This document shows positions 48,206 through 57,607 of a DNA stretch of 64,000 nucleotides, piece after piece; positions within the stretch are counted from its first letter, which is position 1, and each line of letters starts with the position of its first letter. The position numbers were made by a program, and so were the translations under genes. This DNA is from Thermoproteota archaeon. GTDB lineage: Archaea > Korarchaeota > Korarchaeia > Korarchaeales > Korarchaeaceae. Where the stretch lies: the NCBI GenBank assembly GCA_027491915.1, contig JAOZGC010000002.1, positions 192,001 through 256,000 of the forward strand. The letters run 5' to 3'. The notes under the pieces were generated by a model. That model searched no databases and was not told the origin of the DNA. It worked only from the letters and a program-made list of their open reading frames with translations.

Positions 48206-48696
48206 TACCCCCCGAATGTTATAGATATCGTCATATTACCTTTGTTCTCTATCCTGACCGGGACCTGCTCCCCGGACGGGGCCAGGCCGCTGACCAATAT
48301 CCTCCAGCTCCCGACGGCCGCTATCCTGAACAAGACGGCGTTCCCGGTCGCTGACTGATTCAGCACGCTCACCGCCCCCCTGGCGAGCGTCATGGTGCCT
48401 ACGGCCTCCGGCGGGTTGTAGAGCACTATCTCCAGGGACCTGTTCTCCCAGGGGCCGGATCCCCCTCTCATTACCACCTCTGAGGGGACGTTGACCCCCA
48501 GGGTGGTCATGAACCCGCTCCCCGACAGGGCCGCGCTCTCGAGGGCCTCGTGTATCTCGAAGGCCACGTTCTTGGCCTGGGAATACCTGGCCTCCCTGGT
48601 CTTCTCCTCTATCATGGGGTAGACTATCGAGTAACCCAGCAGGATTATCGCCAGTCCCAGCACGATCATTACGGCGGCCTCGACGCTGGCCTCCAA
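48205..48696 (-). CDS. Minor pilin (SxE-type N-terminus)
   Basis: ASVEAAVMIVLGLAIILL. Confidence 0.7.
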   Translation of the reverse strand: MEASVEAAVMIVLGLAIILLGYSIVYPMIEEKTREARYSQAKNVAFEIHEALESAALSGSGFMTTLGVNVPSEVVMRGGSGPWENRSLEIVLYNPPEAVGTMTLARGAVSVLNQSATGNAVLFRIAAVGSWRILVSGLAPSGEQVPVRIENKGNMTISITFGG

Positions 48697-48810
48697 TCAC
48701 AAAACCCCCCACTCGGCTTCAGGGGAGATGGGGGAGGAGGGCGGATGCGGCGGGAGGGGACGAGCGGGGGACCAACCGAACAAGACGAATAGGGAAAGGG
48801 CAATAGAAGG

Positions 48811-48841
48811 AAAAAAGGGAGCCCCTCCCCCGAGAGGCTCC
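48811..48841 (-). terminator. Hairpin plus U-tract after the putative major pilin
   Basis: GGAGCC...GGCTCC stem followed by T6 and a pyrimidine run on the minus strand. Confidence 0.6.
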
Positions 48842-48857
48842 GGCGGGCTGAAGGCCC

Positions 48858-49325
48858 TCAAGGCCTGTATATCTGCTCGGCCCTGGTGCCCTCCGGCCCG
48901 TAGACTATGACGGTGAAGGTAGAGGTCGCGGGCTGGCCCTGGCCGTTCATCGTGAACTGCCAGGCCGTGCCGACGGTCATGTCCGCGGTGGACGCCACGG
49001 CCCCACCTCCGACCTGGGTTATGCTGCTCGGGTGCACGGTGTACTCGCCGGTGCTGTTCTTTATGACCACGGACCAGCTGGCGGTATCTCCGGCCTCCGC
49101 CAGGTCGTTCGGCCCCTGGTTCTTCACCGTTATCACGAGGTTGTTGCTGCCGTCGTTTGGATTTATGCTGATGACCTCCAGCTGCGTGGTCCCGCCGACC
49201 GAGGTGGTCCTCCCGAGGGCGGAGAATATGAAGGAGCCGACCGGGGAGAATATGAGCAGCGCCAGCGCCACCGCGAGCACCAGTATGACGACCTCCACGG
49301 CGACCCTCGAGACGCCAGCCCTCAT
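48858..49325 (-). CDS. Putative major type IV pilin
   Basis: Class III signal MRAG|VSRVAVEVVILVLAV. Has its own SD (GGGGGTG), an AT-rich promoter at ~49376-49391 and a terminator. Confidence 0.8.
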   Translation of the reverse strand: MRAGVSRVAVEVVILVLAVALALLIFSPVGSFIFSALGRTTSVGGTTQLEVISINPNDGSNNLVITVKNQGPNDLAEAGDTASWSVVIKNSTGEYTVHPSSITQVGGGAVASTADMTVGTAWQFTMNGQGQPATSTFTVIVYGPEGTRAEQIYRP

Positions 49326-49573
49326 TCCATTTCACACCCCCTCACGTCCGCGAGGTATGTCACAGTCGCGCGGTTCTAAATAAAAATATACCCCCGTGGC
49401 CGATCGTATGTTTCCTTTGATGGCTCAACAGTCGTACCGATCGCTTATCTCCCGCCGCGATCCTCGGCTTTTACCTCGGGCTTGAATGAGGTGGACGGAC
49501 GGCCCGTGGGGGAAGACAAAAGAGGGGGCCGGGTCGAATGGACCCTTTCAGGTTGAGGCCGACCGCTCCCGCC

Positions 49574-51058
49574 TCACCACCCCGAGCCGCACCCCTCGGG
49601 CCCGGGGCACTCGCCGCACCTGATCCACTCTATCGTCAGGGTGTCCGAGTAGTCCGGACCCGAATAGGTGCCGTTCAGCGGATACACCAGGATCGTCGAC
49701 TCGTTGAGCCCCTGGAGGGCGTCGCTGTTGAATATGAAGAAGGCCACCACCGCCTTGGTCCTGCCGCTCATCTCGAACTCGAATTTGTTCCCCGACTCCC
49801 TTATCACCCGGAACGGGGAGAACACGGTTATGTGGGCCCCCACCACTTCCGGCCCTCCCTGCACCCTGACCATCACGGGCTCGTAGAGCCTGTTCTTCAG
49901 GAAGGCCGCCCTTATGACCTTGAAGTCCCCGCCGCTGGGCACGTGGGCGCGTATCCTGCTCGGGCTCCACTTTACGGGTGGCAGCTGGGCGGATCCCTGA
50001 CCGCCTCCCCCTCCGCCGCCGGATCCGCAGCTCTCCGCCGGGAACTCGAACTCCCCAACCTGAACCTGATCTGCGCACCCCTCCGTCTTCAGGTAGAAGA
50101 GCACCCAAGAGAACCCGGCGAACTCCACCTCACCCCTCCTCATGTGGTTTATCTTTACGTTGACCCCGCTCGGGTCCGACCCGCCGGGGAAGCTCCACTC
50201 CTGCTCCCCGTCGGTCACCCTCGCGTTGAGGTCGCCGGCGTCTAGGTGGTAGACCATGTTGACGTCCGCCTTCAGGCTGCCGTCCTGGTACTTCCCGCTC
50301 ATCAGGATGGCCCAGGTGCGCCCCTCCGTTATCTCCTCCCCGTTGACTGTTATGGAGGTGACCCACACCTTGCCGATCCCGAGGCTGCCTACCACGACCT
50401 CCCCGTGGTTGAACTTCAGGTACGCGAATCCGTCGTTCTCGGCCAGTTCTATGCGCACCTCGTCTCCCGGGGAGACGCGGTACTTCTTGAAGCGCCAGCT
50501 CCTCCACATCCTTATATCGAAGGAATTGGAGGCCCTGAATTCCAGGGACCCCGTCAGTCCGAAGCTGCCGCGCGACACGGACTCTATGTTGAACTCGACC
50601 GCGCAGCTCTCATTCAGGACGCACGGCCCTCCTCCTCCCCCGCCACCTCCGTTTCCGCCTGATCCGCCGCCGCCCCCGCCGCCCCCGGATCCTACGGGGA
50701 ACTTCACGGGGATTATCCCGACGGCCGAGCTGTTCCCGTGCTCGACGTAGTACCACACGTCCCCGGTATCATTGTCCGGGAAGAAGGCCACCGTGACCCC
50801 TCTATCGGCCATCCGCTCCCTGTAGGAGCTGAGCGAGGCGTTCACGAAATCCATCCTCTCGCTTGGGGGCAGGTAGGAGGCCTCGGCCGCGAGGCCGGCG
50901 GCGAAGTCCCTCATGTCGTATGAGACCCAGTGGAACGTCTCATCCGCCGACACCTGGGTCGGCACCAGGAGCGGAACGGAGGAGACCACCAGGACCGCGA
51001 ACGCGAAAGCCACCAGCAGTATGCCGCCGGCCCCCCTCCTCCTGACCAAATATCCCAC
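49574..51058 (-). CDS. Pilin-type adhesin with a beta-sandwich domain inserted between two poly-Gly linkers
   Basis: RRRGAG followed by a hydrophobic helix; GSGGGGGGGGSGGNGGGGGGGG and GSGGGGGGG linkers flanked by Cys. Confidence 0.65.
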   Translation of the reverse strand: MGYLVRRRGAGGILLVAFAFAVLVVSSVPLLVPTQVSADETFHWVSYDMRDFAAGLAAEASYLPPSERMDFVNASLSSYRERMADRGVTVAFFPDNDTGDVWYYVEHGNSSAVGIIPVKFPVGSGGGGGGGGSGGNGGGGGGGGPCVLNESCAVEFNIESVSRGSFGLTGSLEFRASNSFDIRMWRSWRFKKYRVSPGDEVRIELAENDGFAYLKFNHGEVVVGSLGIGKVWVTSITVNGEEITEGRTWAILMSGKYQDGSLKADVNMVYHLDAGDLNARVTDGEQEWSFPGGSDPSGVNVKINHMRRGEVEFAGFSWVLFYLKTEGCADQVQVGEFEFPAESCGSGGGGGGGQGSAQLPPVKWSPSRIRAHVPSGGDFKVIRAAFLKNRLYEPVMVRVQGGPEVVGAHITVFSPFRVIRESGNKFEFEMSGRTKAVVAFFIFNSDALQGLNESTILVYPLNGTYSGPDYSDTLTIEWIRCGECPGPEGCGSGW

Positions 51059-51174
51059 CCGGCGCGGGACAACCCCTGCTCCAATATATAATCTTATTGG
51101 CGCCGCCGGCCGAAAACTTCTACCCGGCGCGGGAGATTTCCACGAATTTCAGAAATAAGGCCACCGCCGACATC

Positions 51175-51651
51175 TCACGGGGAGTACCCAGCCCGCGCCC
51201 TGGTGCCGTAGGGACCATACACCGCTATGTCATGGGGCTCGTCGCCGACCCCCGAGCTCAGCCACAGAACGAACACCTCGTTCACGTCCGCTGTGTGGGA
51301 CGGCGGGAGGTTGATCCCATTCGCGTCGGTTATCCTGCTGACCGAGTAAACCTGTCCGTCTATGAAAACCTGCCAGGCGTTCGTCCCCTTCAGCGGAAGC
51401 CCCTCGGGTCCGACGTTCCTTATCGTTATGTTCGCGCTGACCGGGTGGGGGCCGAAGGCCAGGATCTCTATGTTGGTCTTCGGGGCGGCCGACTCGGCCA
51501 CCCCCATAAAGTGGGTCAGGGCCCCGCCGGCCAGCACGAACACCATGCTGGCGGCCGCCACCCCGAGGACTATTAGGACGGCGGTCACCGCCACTCGGGA
51601 TATCCCCGGGGACGTGCGACGGGCGCCGCCTCGGTGCGTGAAGATCCCCAT
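51175..51651 (-). CDS. Type IV pilin, paralog of 48858..49325
   Basis: PG|ISRVAVTAVLIVL; shares ITxxNxGP and VYGPxGTRA with the major pilin. Confidence 0.75.
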   Translation of the reverse strand: MGIFTHRGGARRTSPGISRVAVTAVLIVLGVAAASMVFVLAGGALTHFMGVAESAAPKTNIEILAFGPHPVSANITIRNVGPEGLPLKGTNAWQVFIDGQVYSVSRITDANGINLPPSHTADVNEVFVLWLSSGVGDEPHDIAVYGPYGTRARAGYSP

Positions 51652-51707
51652 TATCGGCGCCGACGGGCCGGAGTAAAAATAAGGATTCCCCCCGACGCGG
51701 CGCGCCC

Positions 51708-52409
51708 ATGTACGCGATCCGGCTGGCAGCGTCCCTGGCCTGCCTCGCCGTCGGCTCGTATCAGGACGTCAAGAGCAGGGAGATAGAGGACACCGTGTGG
51801 GCGGTCGGGGGGATCTTGGGGGCGGCCGCCTCGGCCGCCGAGATCGCGATCGACGCCGGGGCCGCCCAGAGACTGCTCCACTCATATCTGAGCGCCCTCC
51901 CACTGTTCGCCATACTGGCGGCGGCCTGGCGCTGGAGGCTCATGGGGGAGGCGGACGTGCTGGCGTACCTCACGGTGGCGGCCCTCCTCCCAGAGTACGG
52001 GCCTGGAATCGACTGGATACTTCCCCCGGTCTTCTCCACCTTCATATACTCCAAACTCGCCCTCCTGCTCGCGCCCGCGGCCCAGCTGACCTACAACCTA
52101 CTCAAACTGATCAGAAACCCGGAGATACTCGCCGGATTTGACGAGCCTACCTGGAGGAAATTCCTGGCCATGCTCTTCCTGTCCTACTCCGAGGGACACT
52201 CGCCCTACGCCACCCCCGCCGTCGGCCTCTCTCCCGACGGGAAGAAGAAGTTCAAACTCTCCGCCGTCCTATCCTCCCCCTACGGTCGGGGGGCCGAGGG
52301 ACCGGGGTGGGTCGTCCCGTCTTATCCCATGATCCCCCTGATACTGGCGGGCGTCGTCGCCACCGCCCTCTTCGGCGACCCGACGCTCGCGGTAGCCCGG
52401 TGCCCCTGA
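51708..52409 (+). CDS. Prepilin peptidase (A24 family, PibD/FlaK-like)
   Basis: SYQDVKSREIED, LMGEADV (GxAD), C-terminal WVVPSYPMIPLI. Confidence 0.85.
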   Translation: MYAIRLAASLACLAVGSYQDVKSREIEDTVWAVGGILGAAASAAEIAIDAGAAQRLLHSYLSALPLFAILAAAWRWRLMGEADVLAYLTVAALLPEYGPGIDWILPPVFSTFIYSKLALLLAPAAQLTYNLLKLIRNPEILAGFDEPTWRKFLAMLFLSYSEGHSPYATPAVGLSPDGKKKFKLSAVLSSPYGRGAEGPGWVVPSYPMIPLILAGVVATALFGDPTLAVARCP

Positions 52410-52475
52410 TCCCAGGCGCGGCCACGTTCAAATACTACCGGCCGGCGCGCCCCGACTCGAGGTGTCTCGGGGAGC

Positions 52476-52760
52476 TTGACCAGGAGATACAGACTAGCGG
52501 AGAGCGCCCGCCTGGAGGGCAACCTACTGATCGTGGAGGGATCGGAGGATGCCTACGAGCTGAGCGAGGAGGGCGCCGTCGTCCTCTCCCTGATAGAGGG
52601 CGCCTGGATGACTCCGATGGAGATAGCGACCCTCCTGTCCGAGGAGTGGGAGATGGAAGATCCGAGCGATGCGGTGAGGGACATAAGGGATTTCTTGGAT
52701 TCGCTGGTCCGAGAAGGAGTCGTGATAGTCGATGGGAAAGAGGGAAATGACCCTAGATGA
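52476..52760 (+). CDS. PqqD-family protein
   Basis: YELSEEGAVVLSLIEG...EIATLLSEEW...DIRDFLDSLVREGVV. Confidence 0.7.
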   Translation: MTRRYRLAESARLEGNLLIVEGSEDAYELSEEGAVVLSLIEGAWMTPMEIATLLSEEWEMEDPSDAVRDIRDFLDSLVREGVVIVDGKEGNDPR

Positions 52761-53647
52761 GGGCGGGAGGTGATCTGGTGTCCGCCCCTCCAGAAGACGT
52801 CCCGAGGCCTCTCCAGGAGCACCTGATAGAGCTGCTCGAGAGACTGAGGAGGGCACTCATAGCCCTCGGGATAGGATCAGCTGCCATATCGGCGGTTCCC
52901 GCCTCCCTGGTCTCCCCGCACCCCAGCTTCGACTTCCGCGGCTACACCCCCTTCGTCATGGCGGTCATAAACAGGATGAGGGACGACCTCCTCGGCATGA
53001 CGAACTCCTTCGCCGAATCCCTCTCTCCCGTCCTGGGGATACCGGAGGTGCACGTCCAGCTGATCGCCTACAGTTGGATGGACTCGGTGGAGGTCCTGAT
53101 GTACGTGGCTGTCCTGCTCGGGGCCCTTGTAACCTCGCCCTACATAGGGTACCAGCTCTACATGTACCTGAAGCCGGCCCTCTATCCCCACGAGAGGAAG
53201 GCCATACTCTCTTTCTCCGTGGGATTCGCCGCTCTCTTCCTCTTTGGGGTGGTCTACGCCTACTACACGATCCTGCCGATAACGTTCGCCTTCCTGACCT
53301 GGCTCTTCGTCGGGGCCGGGGCCGCCCCAACCCTATCCATAAAGGAGTTCTTCTCCTTCGCCATAATGGGGATGGTGGCCACGGGGCTCTTCTTCACGTT
53401 CCCCCTCGCCATAGCGCTGGCGGCCAAGTTGGGCCTCGTATCGGCCGCCAGCCTGAGGAGGAGGTGGAAGGAGGTCTTCTTCGTAGTGACCGTCATAGCC
53501 GCGGCCATAACTCCAGATCCGACTCCGGTGAGCATGTCCCTCCTAGCCCTGCCCTTCTTCGCCCTCTACGCACTTGCCACCCTCCTGGCCGGGATCATGG
53601 AGAGGAGGTCGGGTGGAGGGGGAGGTAAGCCGGGGGAGAGGGGGTAA
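52757..53647 (+). CDS. tatC: Twin-arginine translocase subunit TatC
   Basis: PLQEHLIELLERL, YLKPALYPHER, AAAITPDPTPVSM. Confidence 0.93.
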   Translation: MRAGGDLVSAPPEDVPRPLQEHLIELLERLRRALIALGIGSAAISAVPASLVSPHPSFDFRGYTPFVMAVINRMRDDLLGMTNSFAESLSPVLGIPEVHVQLIAYSWMDSVEVLMYVAVLLGALVTSPYIGYQLYMYLKPALYPHERKAILSFSVGFAALFLFGVVYAYYTILPITFAFLTWLFVGAGAAPTLSIKEFFSFAIMGMVATGLFFTFPLAIALAAKLGLVSAASLRRRWKEVFFVVTVIAAAITPDPTPVSMSLLALPFFALYALATLLAGIMERRSGGGGGKPGERG

Positions 53648-53776
53648 ACCCTCGAATCGGGAACCGACCGCGGCGAATGGGCGGGACGAGGCCGCCGAGG
53701 ACGGGGCGGGGGACGGACCTCCGCGGGCGTGGGATTCGGGGCGAGCGGAAATCCTCTTGGGAGGGACGGTCTGAGA

Positions 53777-54121
53777 TCAGCTCCCCTTCTTCCCCTTGAC
53801 GGCCGCCGCTATCTCGGCGGCCAGCTCCTCATCCGTCTTTCCGGTGGTGTCTATCCCGAGCTCCTCGGCCAGCTCCCTTACGGTCTTCCCCTTCTTCTTG
53901 GTCTCCACCTCCCTGACCTCGGCCTTGGGGGGCTGTCCGCTGGTCGACCTCTTGAATTCGTTTATGGCCTCGCCCAGGCTCCTGGCCAACTCCGGCAGTT
54001 TGCTCGGACCAAATATTATCAGAGCGAGCAGGAATATCAACAGGATCTCCCAGATTCCTAGCCCGAAGAACCCTTGAGCCGCCTGAACGTGGGTCGAAGT
54101 GAACCAGATCACCAGAGCCAC
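53777..54121 (-). CDS. tatA: Twin-arginine translocase subunit TatA
   Basis: EILLIFLLALIIFGPSKLPELARSLGEAINEFK. Start inferred at GTG 54121 or 54112. Confidence 0.92.
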   Translation of the reverse strand: MALVIWFTSTHVQAAQGFFGLGIWEILLIFLLALIIFGPSKLPELARSLGEAINEFKRSTSGQPPKAEVREVETKKKGKTVRELAEELGIDTTGKTDEELAAEIAAAVKGKKGS

Positions 54122-54255
54122 CTCTCCCCCACAGGTCGGGGGACCTGGCATATATCCTTTGTCCTCGAATCCTCCGTCGCCCCCGCCCGGACCCAATATT
54201 TTAAATACCCCGGCCCGGGGGAGGACCTAACAACAACGAGCGCGTGGCGAGCCAG

Positions 54256-54693
54256 ATGTCGACTACGAAGAAGATTTTGGATCTGCGGCCCGGCGAGGAC
54301 GGCGTCAACGTCAGGGGCCGCGTTCTTGACGCGGGGGACACCCGCGTCGTCGAGACGAGATCCGGAACGAGGACTCTCTCCGAGGTTACCCTCGGCGACG
54401 AGACCGGCCGCGTGACCCTCACCCTCTGGGGGGAGCACGCCGGGACGCTCGAGCCGGATCAGGTGGTGGAGATCCAGAACGGATTCACCACCGTGTACAG
54501 GGGCCGGGTTCAGCTGAACGTCGGCTCCAGGGGGGCCGTGCGAGTCCTCTCCGGTGAGGACTTCGTCGGGGCGGATCAGATCCCCGATGAATTTCCGGAG
54601 GCCCCAGAGGACTACCAGCCCAGGAGGAGGGGCGGCTACCGGAGATACGGTTATAGGAGCCAGTCGAGCTCCTACAGGCGGCCCAAGTGGTGA
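54256..54693 (+). CDS. ssb: Single-stranded DNA-binding protein (single OB fold, crenarchaeal type)
   Basis: KILDLRPG..VNV..RV, GDETGRVTLTLWG, NGFTTVYRG..QLNVG, Arg/Gly-rich tail. Confidence 0.88.
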   Translation: MSTTKKILDLRPGEDGVNVRGRVLDAGDTRVVETRSGTRTLSEVTLGDETGRVTLTLWGEHAGTLEPDQVVEIQNGFTTVYRGRVQLNVGSRGAVRVLSGEDFVGADQIPDEFPEAPEDYQPRRRGGYRRYGYRSQSSSYRRPKW

Positions 54694-54784
54694 TCTCCGG
54701 GGGCGACCCCCCCGAATCTCCCTTTTTCTTCCGTCGGCGCTAAGTTATTTAACAATTGGGTTAACCCCTTACCGGTGTTCACGG

Positions 54785-56092
54785 TTGACCAGGGAAGAGC
54801 TCCCGGTGGCCTTTGACTTCGCCACCTGGACCAGATTGGTCCCCGAATCGGAAATAAGGAGGCTGCTCAGGGTCAAGGCCAGGTACTACTTCGCCGGAGG
54901 GAAGCCCGGTGTGCTTCCGCTAGATGTCCTGCCCAAGCTGCTGGTCGAGCTGGGCGTGGACGAGTTCGAGTACATCCTGAGGGGAGACAGGAGGACCGTC
55001 ATAGAACACTTCAACTACGGTCCGACCGAGGGGATCCCCGAGCTGAGGAAGGTCCTTGCCTCCAAGATGCTGTCGGCCAGGGACGGCATACCCATAGATC
55101 CTAGGGAGGGTTGGAGAGACGTCATAGTCACCACGGGATCCCAGCAGGCCATCTTCGCCATACTGGACGCCCTCATAGATCCTGGGGACGTTATAATAAC
55201 TCAGAGGCCCGCCTACCTGGGGTTCGTCAACACCGCGGCGAAGTTCAGGTCGAGGATAGTAACGGTCCCGGCCGACGAGGAGGGGCTCGTGCCGGAGTAC
55301 GTTCAGAGGGCCTTTGACCTGGCCAGGAGGGAGCTGGGGAAACCCCCGGAGCTGATCTACGTCGTCCCCGACTCGGACAATCCCACCGGGACGACGATGC
55401 CCCTCAAGAGGAGGAAGGAGATCTACGAGATAGCGGCGGCCGAGGGGGCCCTCATAGTGGAGGACGCGGCCTACAGGGAGATACAGTTCAGGGGCGAGAG
55501 GCTCCCCCCGATAAAGGCCCTTGACTCCGACAACGAGAGGGTGATATACCTGAGGACCACCAGCAAGGAGGTGGCCGTGTTCAGGATAGGCTACAGCGTG
55601 ATGCCCCCGGACGTGAGGGAGCAGGTGGTCAAGCTGAAGGGCTACCTGGATCTGTGCACCCCCACCCTGATGCAGAGGATCGTGAAAGCCTACTACGAGA
55701 AGTTCTTCGACGAGAACATCCTGAGGGTGAGGGAGGAGTACAAGAAGAGGTGCGAGGCCATGGAGGCCGCCATGGACGAGTACTTCCCGCCCGGTCACAG
55801 GACCGAGCCCACGGGCGGGTTCTTCATATGGTGGTCCTCCGACGATCGGGAGTTCGACTCCTCCGAGTTCCTTGAGAGGGTGGCGATCCCGAGCGGCGTG
55901 GCGTACGTGCCGGGATCGGCCTTCTACCCACCCTTCGGCTACTCTTACGAGCCGGAGCTGAACGCGCTAACCGAGCTCAGGCCGAGAAAGCACGGCATGA
56001 GGTTGGGATACAGCTACCTGGAACCGGACGAGATATACGAGGGTGTGAGGATCCTGGGCCAAAAGCTGAGGGAGCGGGAGAGTGGGGGATGA
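54785..56092 (+). CDS. PLP-dependent aminotransferase (AroAT/LysN-like, class I)
   Basis: SEIRRLL, FAGGKP, YGPTEG, TTGSQQA, NPTG, EDAAY, TTSK, GGFFIW. Confidence 0.88.
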   Translation: MTREELPVAFDFATWTRLVPESEIRRLLRVKARYYFAGGKPGVLPLDVLPKLLVELGVDEFEYILRGDRRTVIEHFNYGPTEGIPELRKVLASKMLSARDGIPIDPREGWRDVIVTTGSQQAIFAILDALIDPGDVIITQRPAYLGFVNTAAKFRSRIVTVPADEEGLVPEYVQRAFDLARRELGKPPELIYVVPDSDNPTGTTMPLKRRKEIYEIAAAEGALIVEDAAYREIQFRGERLPPIKALDSDNERVIYLRTTSKEVAVFRIGYSVMPPDVREQVVKLKGYLDLCTPTLMQRIVKAYYEKFFDENILRVREEYKKRCEAMEAAMDEYFPPGHRTEPTGGFFIWWSSDDREFDSSEFLERVAIPSGVAYVPGSAFYPPFGYSYEPELNALTELRPRKHGMRLGYSYLEPDEIYEGVRILGQKLRERESGG

Positions 56093-56972
56093 TCCCGGCT
56101 TGCTCGAGGACTCTATCGTCGCCGGCCTGAGGGAGGTAATATCCAGGGCGGCGGTCTCCCTTTCGAGAGACGTTGTCTCCGCCCTCAAGGCGGCCAGAGA
56201 GAGGGAAGACTCTTTCCTCGCCAGGGAGATACTGAACTCCATCCTGAAAAACATCGAAGAGGCCGAGAGGAGGGGGCTGCCCCTATGCCAGGATACGGGG
56301 ACCCCCACATTCTTCGTCCACCTGGGGGACGGCTTCCCGGTGAGGTCGCGCCTCGGGGACCTCATAGCGCGCGCCGTCAGGGAGTCAACCCCCTCCGTCC
56401 CCCTGAGGCCTAACACCGTCGATCCGTGGACGGGGCGGAACTCCGGGGACAACACCGGACGGGGGGTCCCAGTCATCCGCTGGTTCCCCGTGGAGGGCGA
56501 CGAGCTGAGGGTGATCTACCTGGCCAAGGGTGGGGGATCGGAGAACGTGAGCAGGCTGTTCATGTTGAATCCGACCGAGGGAGTCGAGGGAATCCGGCGA
56601 GCCGTCCTCCGGGCCGCGATCGACGCCGGGGGGAAGCCCTGCCCCCCGGTCATATTGGGGGTGGGCGTCGGAGGGGGGGCGGATGCGGCCCTGGAGGCGG
56701 CGAAGGCCGCGACCCTGAGGAGGGTTGGATCGCGGTCGGGAGATCCGGCGGTCGCCGAGCTCGAGGAGAGGCTCCTGGAGGACGTTAACTCCCTCGGAAT
56801 AGGTCCGATGGGCCTCGGGGGGAGGACCTACGCCCTGGACGTCCACGTCGATTGGATGCACAGGCACCCGGCTAGCCTGCCAGTCGCGGTGAGCATGCTG
56901 TGCTGGGCCGCCCGCCGGGGGGAGGTGGTCTTCCACCCCGACGGGAGCTACGAGGTGCTGGAGCCCGGGTGA
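56082..56972 (+). CDS. Fe-S fumarate hydratase/tartrate dehydratase alpha subunit
   Basis: PLCQDTG, LRPN, KGGGSEN, KPCPP, GIGPMGLGG, CWAAR. Confidence 0.92.
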   Translation: MGDDPGLLEDSIVAGLREVISRAAVSLSRDVVSALKAAREREDSFLAREILNSILKNIEEAERRGLPLCQDTGTPTFFVHLGDGFPVRSRLGDLIARAVRESTPSVPLRPNTVDPWTGRNSGDNTGRGVPVIRWFPVEGDELRVIYLAKGGGSENVSRLFMLNPTEGVEGIRRAVLRAAIDAGGKPCPPVILGVGVGGGADAALEAAKAATLRRVGSRSGDPAVAELEERLLEDVNSLGIGPMGLGGRTYALDVHVDWMHRHPASLPVAVSMLCWAARRGEVVFHPDGSYEVLEPG

Positions 56973-57565
56973 TGGGTTTGAGGGAGTGGAGGGTGAGCAC
57001 GCCCCTGTCCGAGGAGACGGTAAGGGGGATGAGGGTCGGGGACCTGGTCTGGCTCTCCGGCAGGGTGGTCACCGCCAGGGACCAGGCCCACAGGAGGGCC
57101 CTGGATCTCGCGTCGTCGGGCGGGGAGCTGCCGGTCGACCTGAGCGGAATCGCGGTGTACCACTGCGGCCCGATAGCCAGGAGGGAGGGGGAGGTCTGGA
57201 GGATATACGGGTTCGGCCCGACCACCAGCGCCAGGATGGAGCCCATGGAGGCCGAGTTCCTGAGGACCTTCGGGGTCAGGATGATCGTGGGGAAGGGCGG
57301 GATGGGGGGGAGGACGGCCGACGCCCTGGCCGAGGTGGGGGCCGTCTACGCGGCCTTCACCGGGGGGGCGAGCGTCCTGGCCACAGATTCCGTGGAGAGG
57401 GTGATCTCCGTTAATTGGCTCGACTTGGGAATCCCGGAAGCCCTCTGGGAGGTGGAGGTCAGGGATCTCGGTCCCCTGATAGTTGCGATGGACTCGGTCG
57501 GGGGGAACCTCTACAGGGAGGTCGCGTCCCACGCGGCCGAGAGGATGGGCAGGCTGCTGGGATGA
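56972..57565 (+). CDS. Fe-S fumarate hydratase/tartrate dehydratase beta subunit
   Basis: TARDQAHRR, YHCGP, GPTTSARME, GKGGM, LGIPEALW. Confidence 0.92.
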   Translation: MGLREWRVSTPLSEETVRGMRVGDLVWLSGRVVTARDQAHRRALDLASSGGELPVDLSGIAVYHCGPIARREGEVWRIYGFGPTTSARMEPMEAEFLRTFGVRMIVGKGGMGGRTADALAEVGAVYAAFTGGASVLATDSVERVISVNWLDLGIPEALWEVEVRDLGPLIVAMDSVGGNLYREVASHAAERMGRLLG

Positions 57566-57607
57566 TGAGGGGCTCACTTTTTTACCCGCCGCGCGGCGCC
57601 GGGGCCC

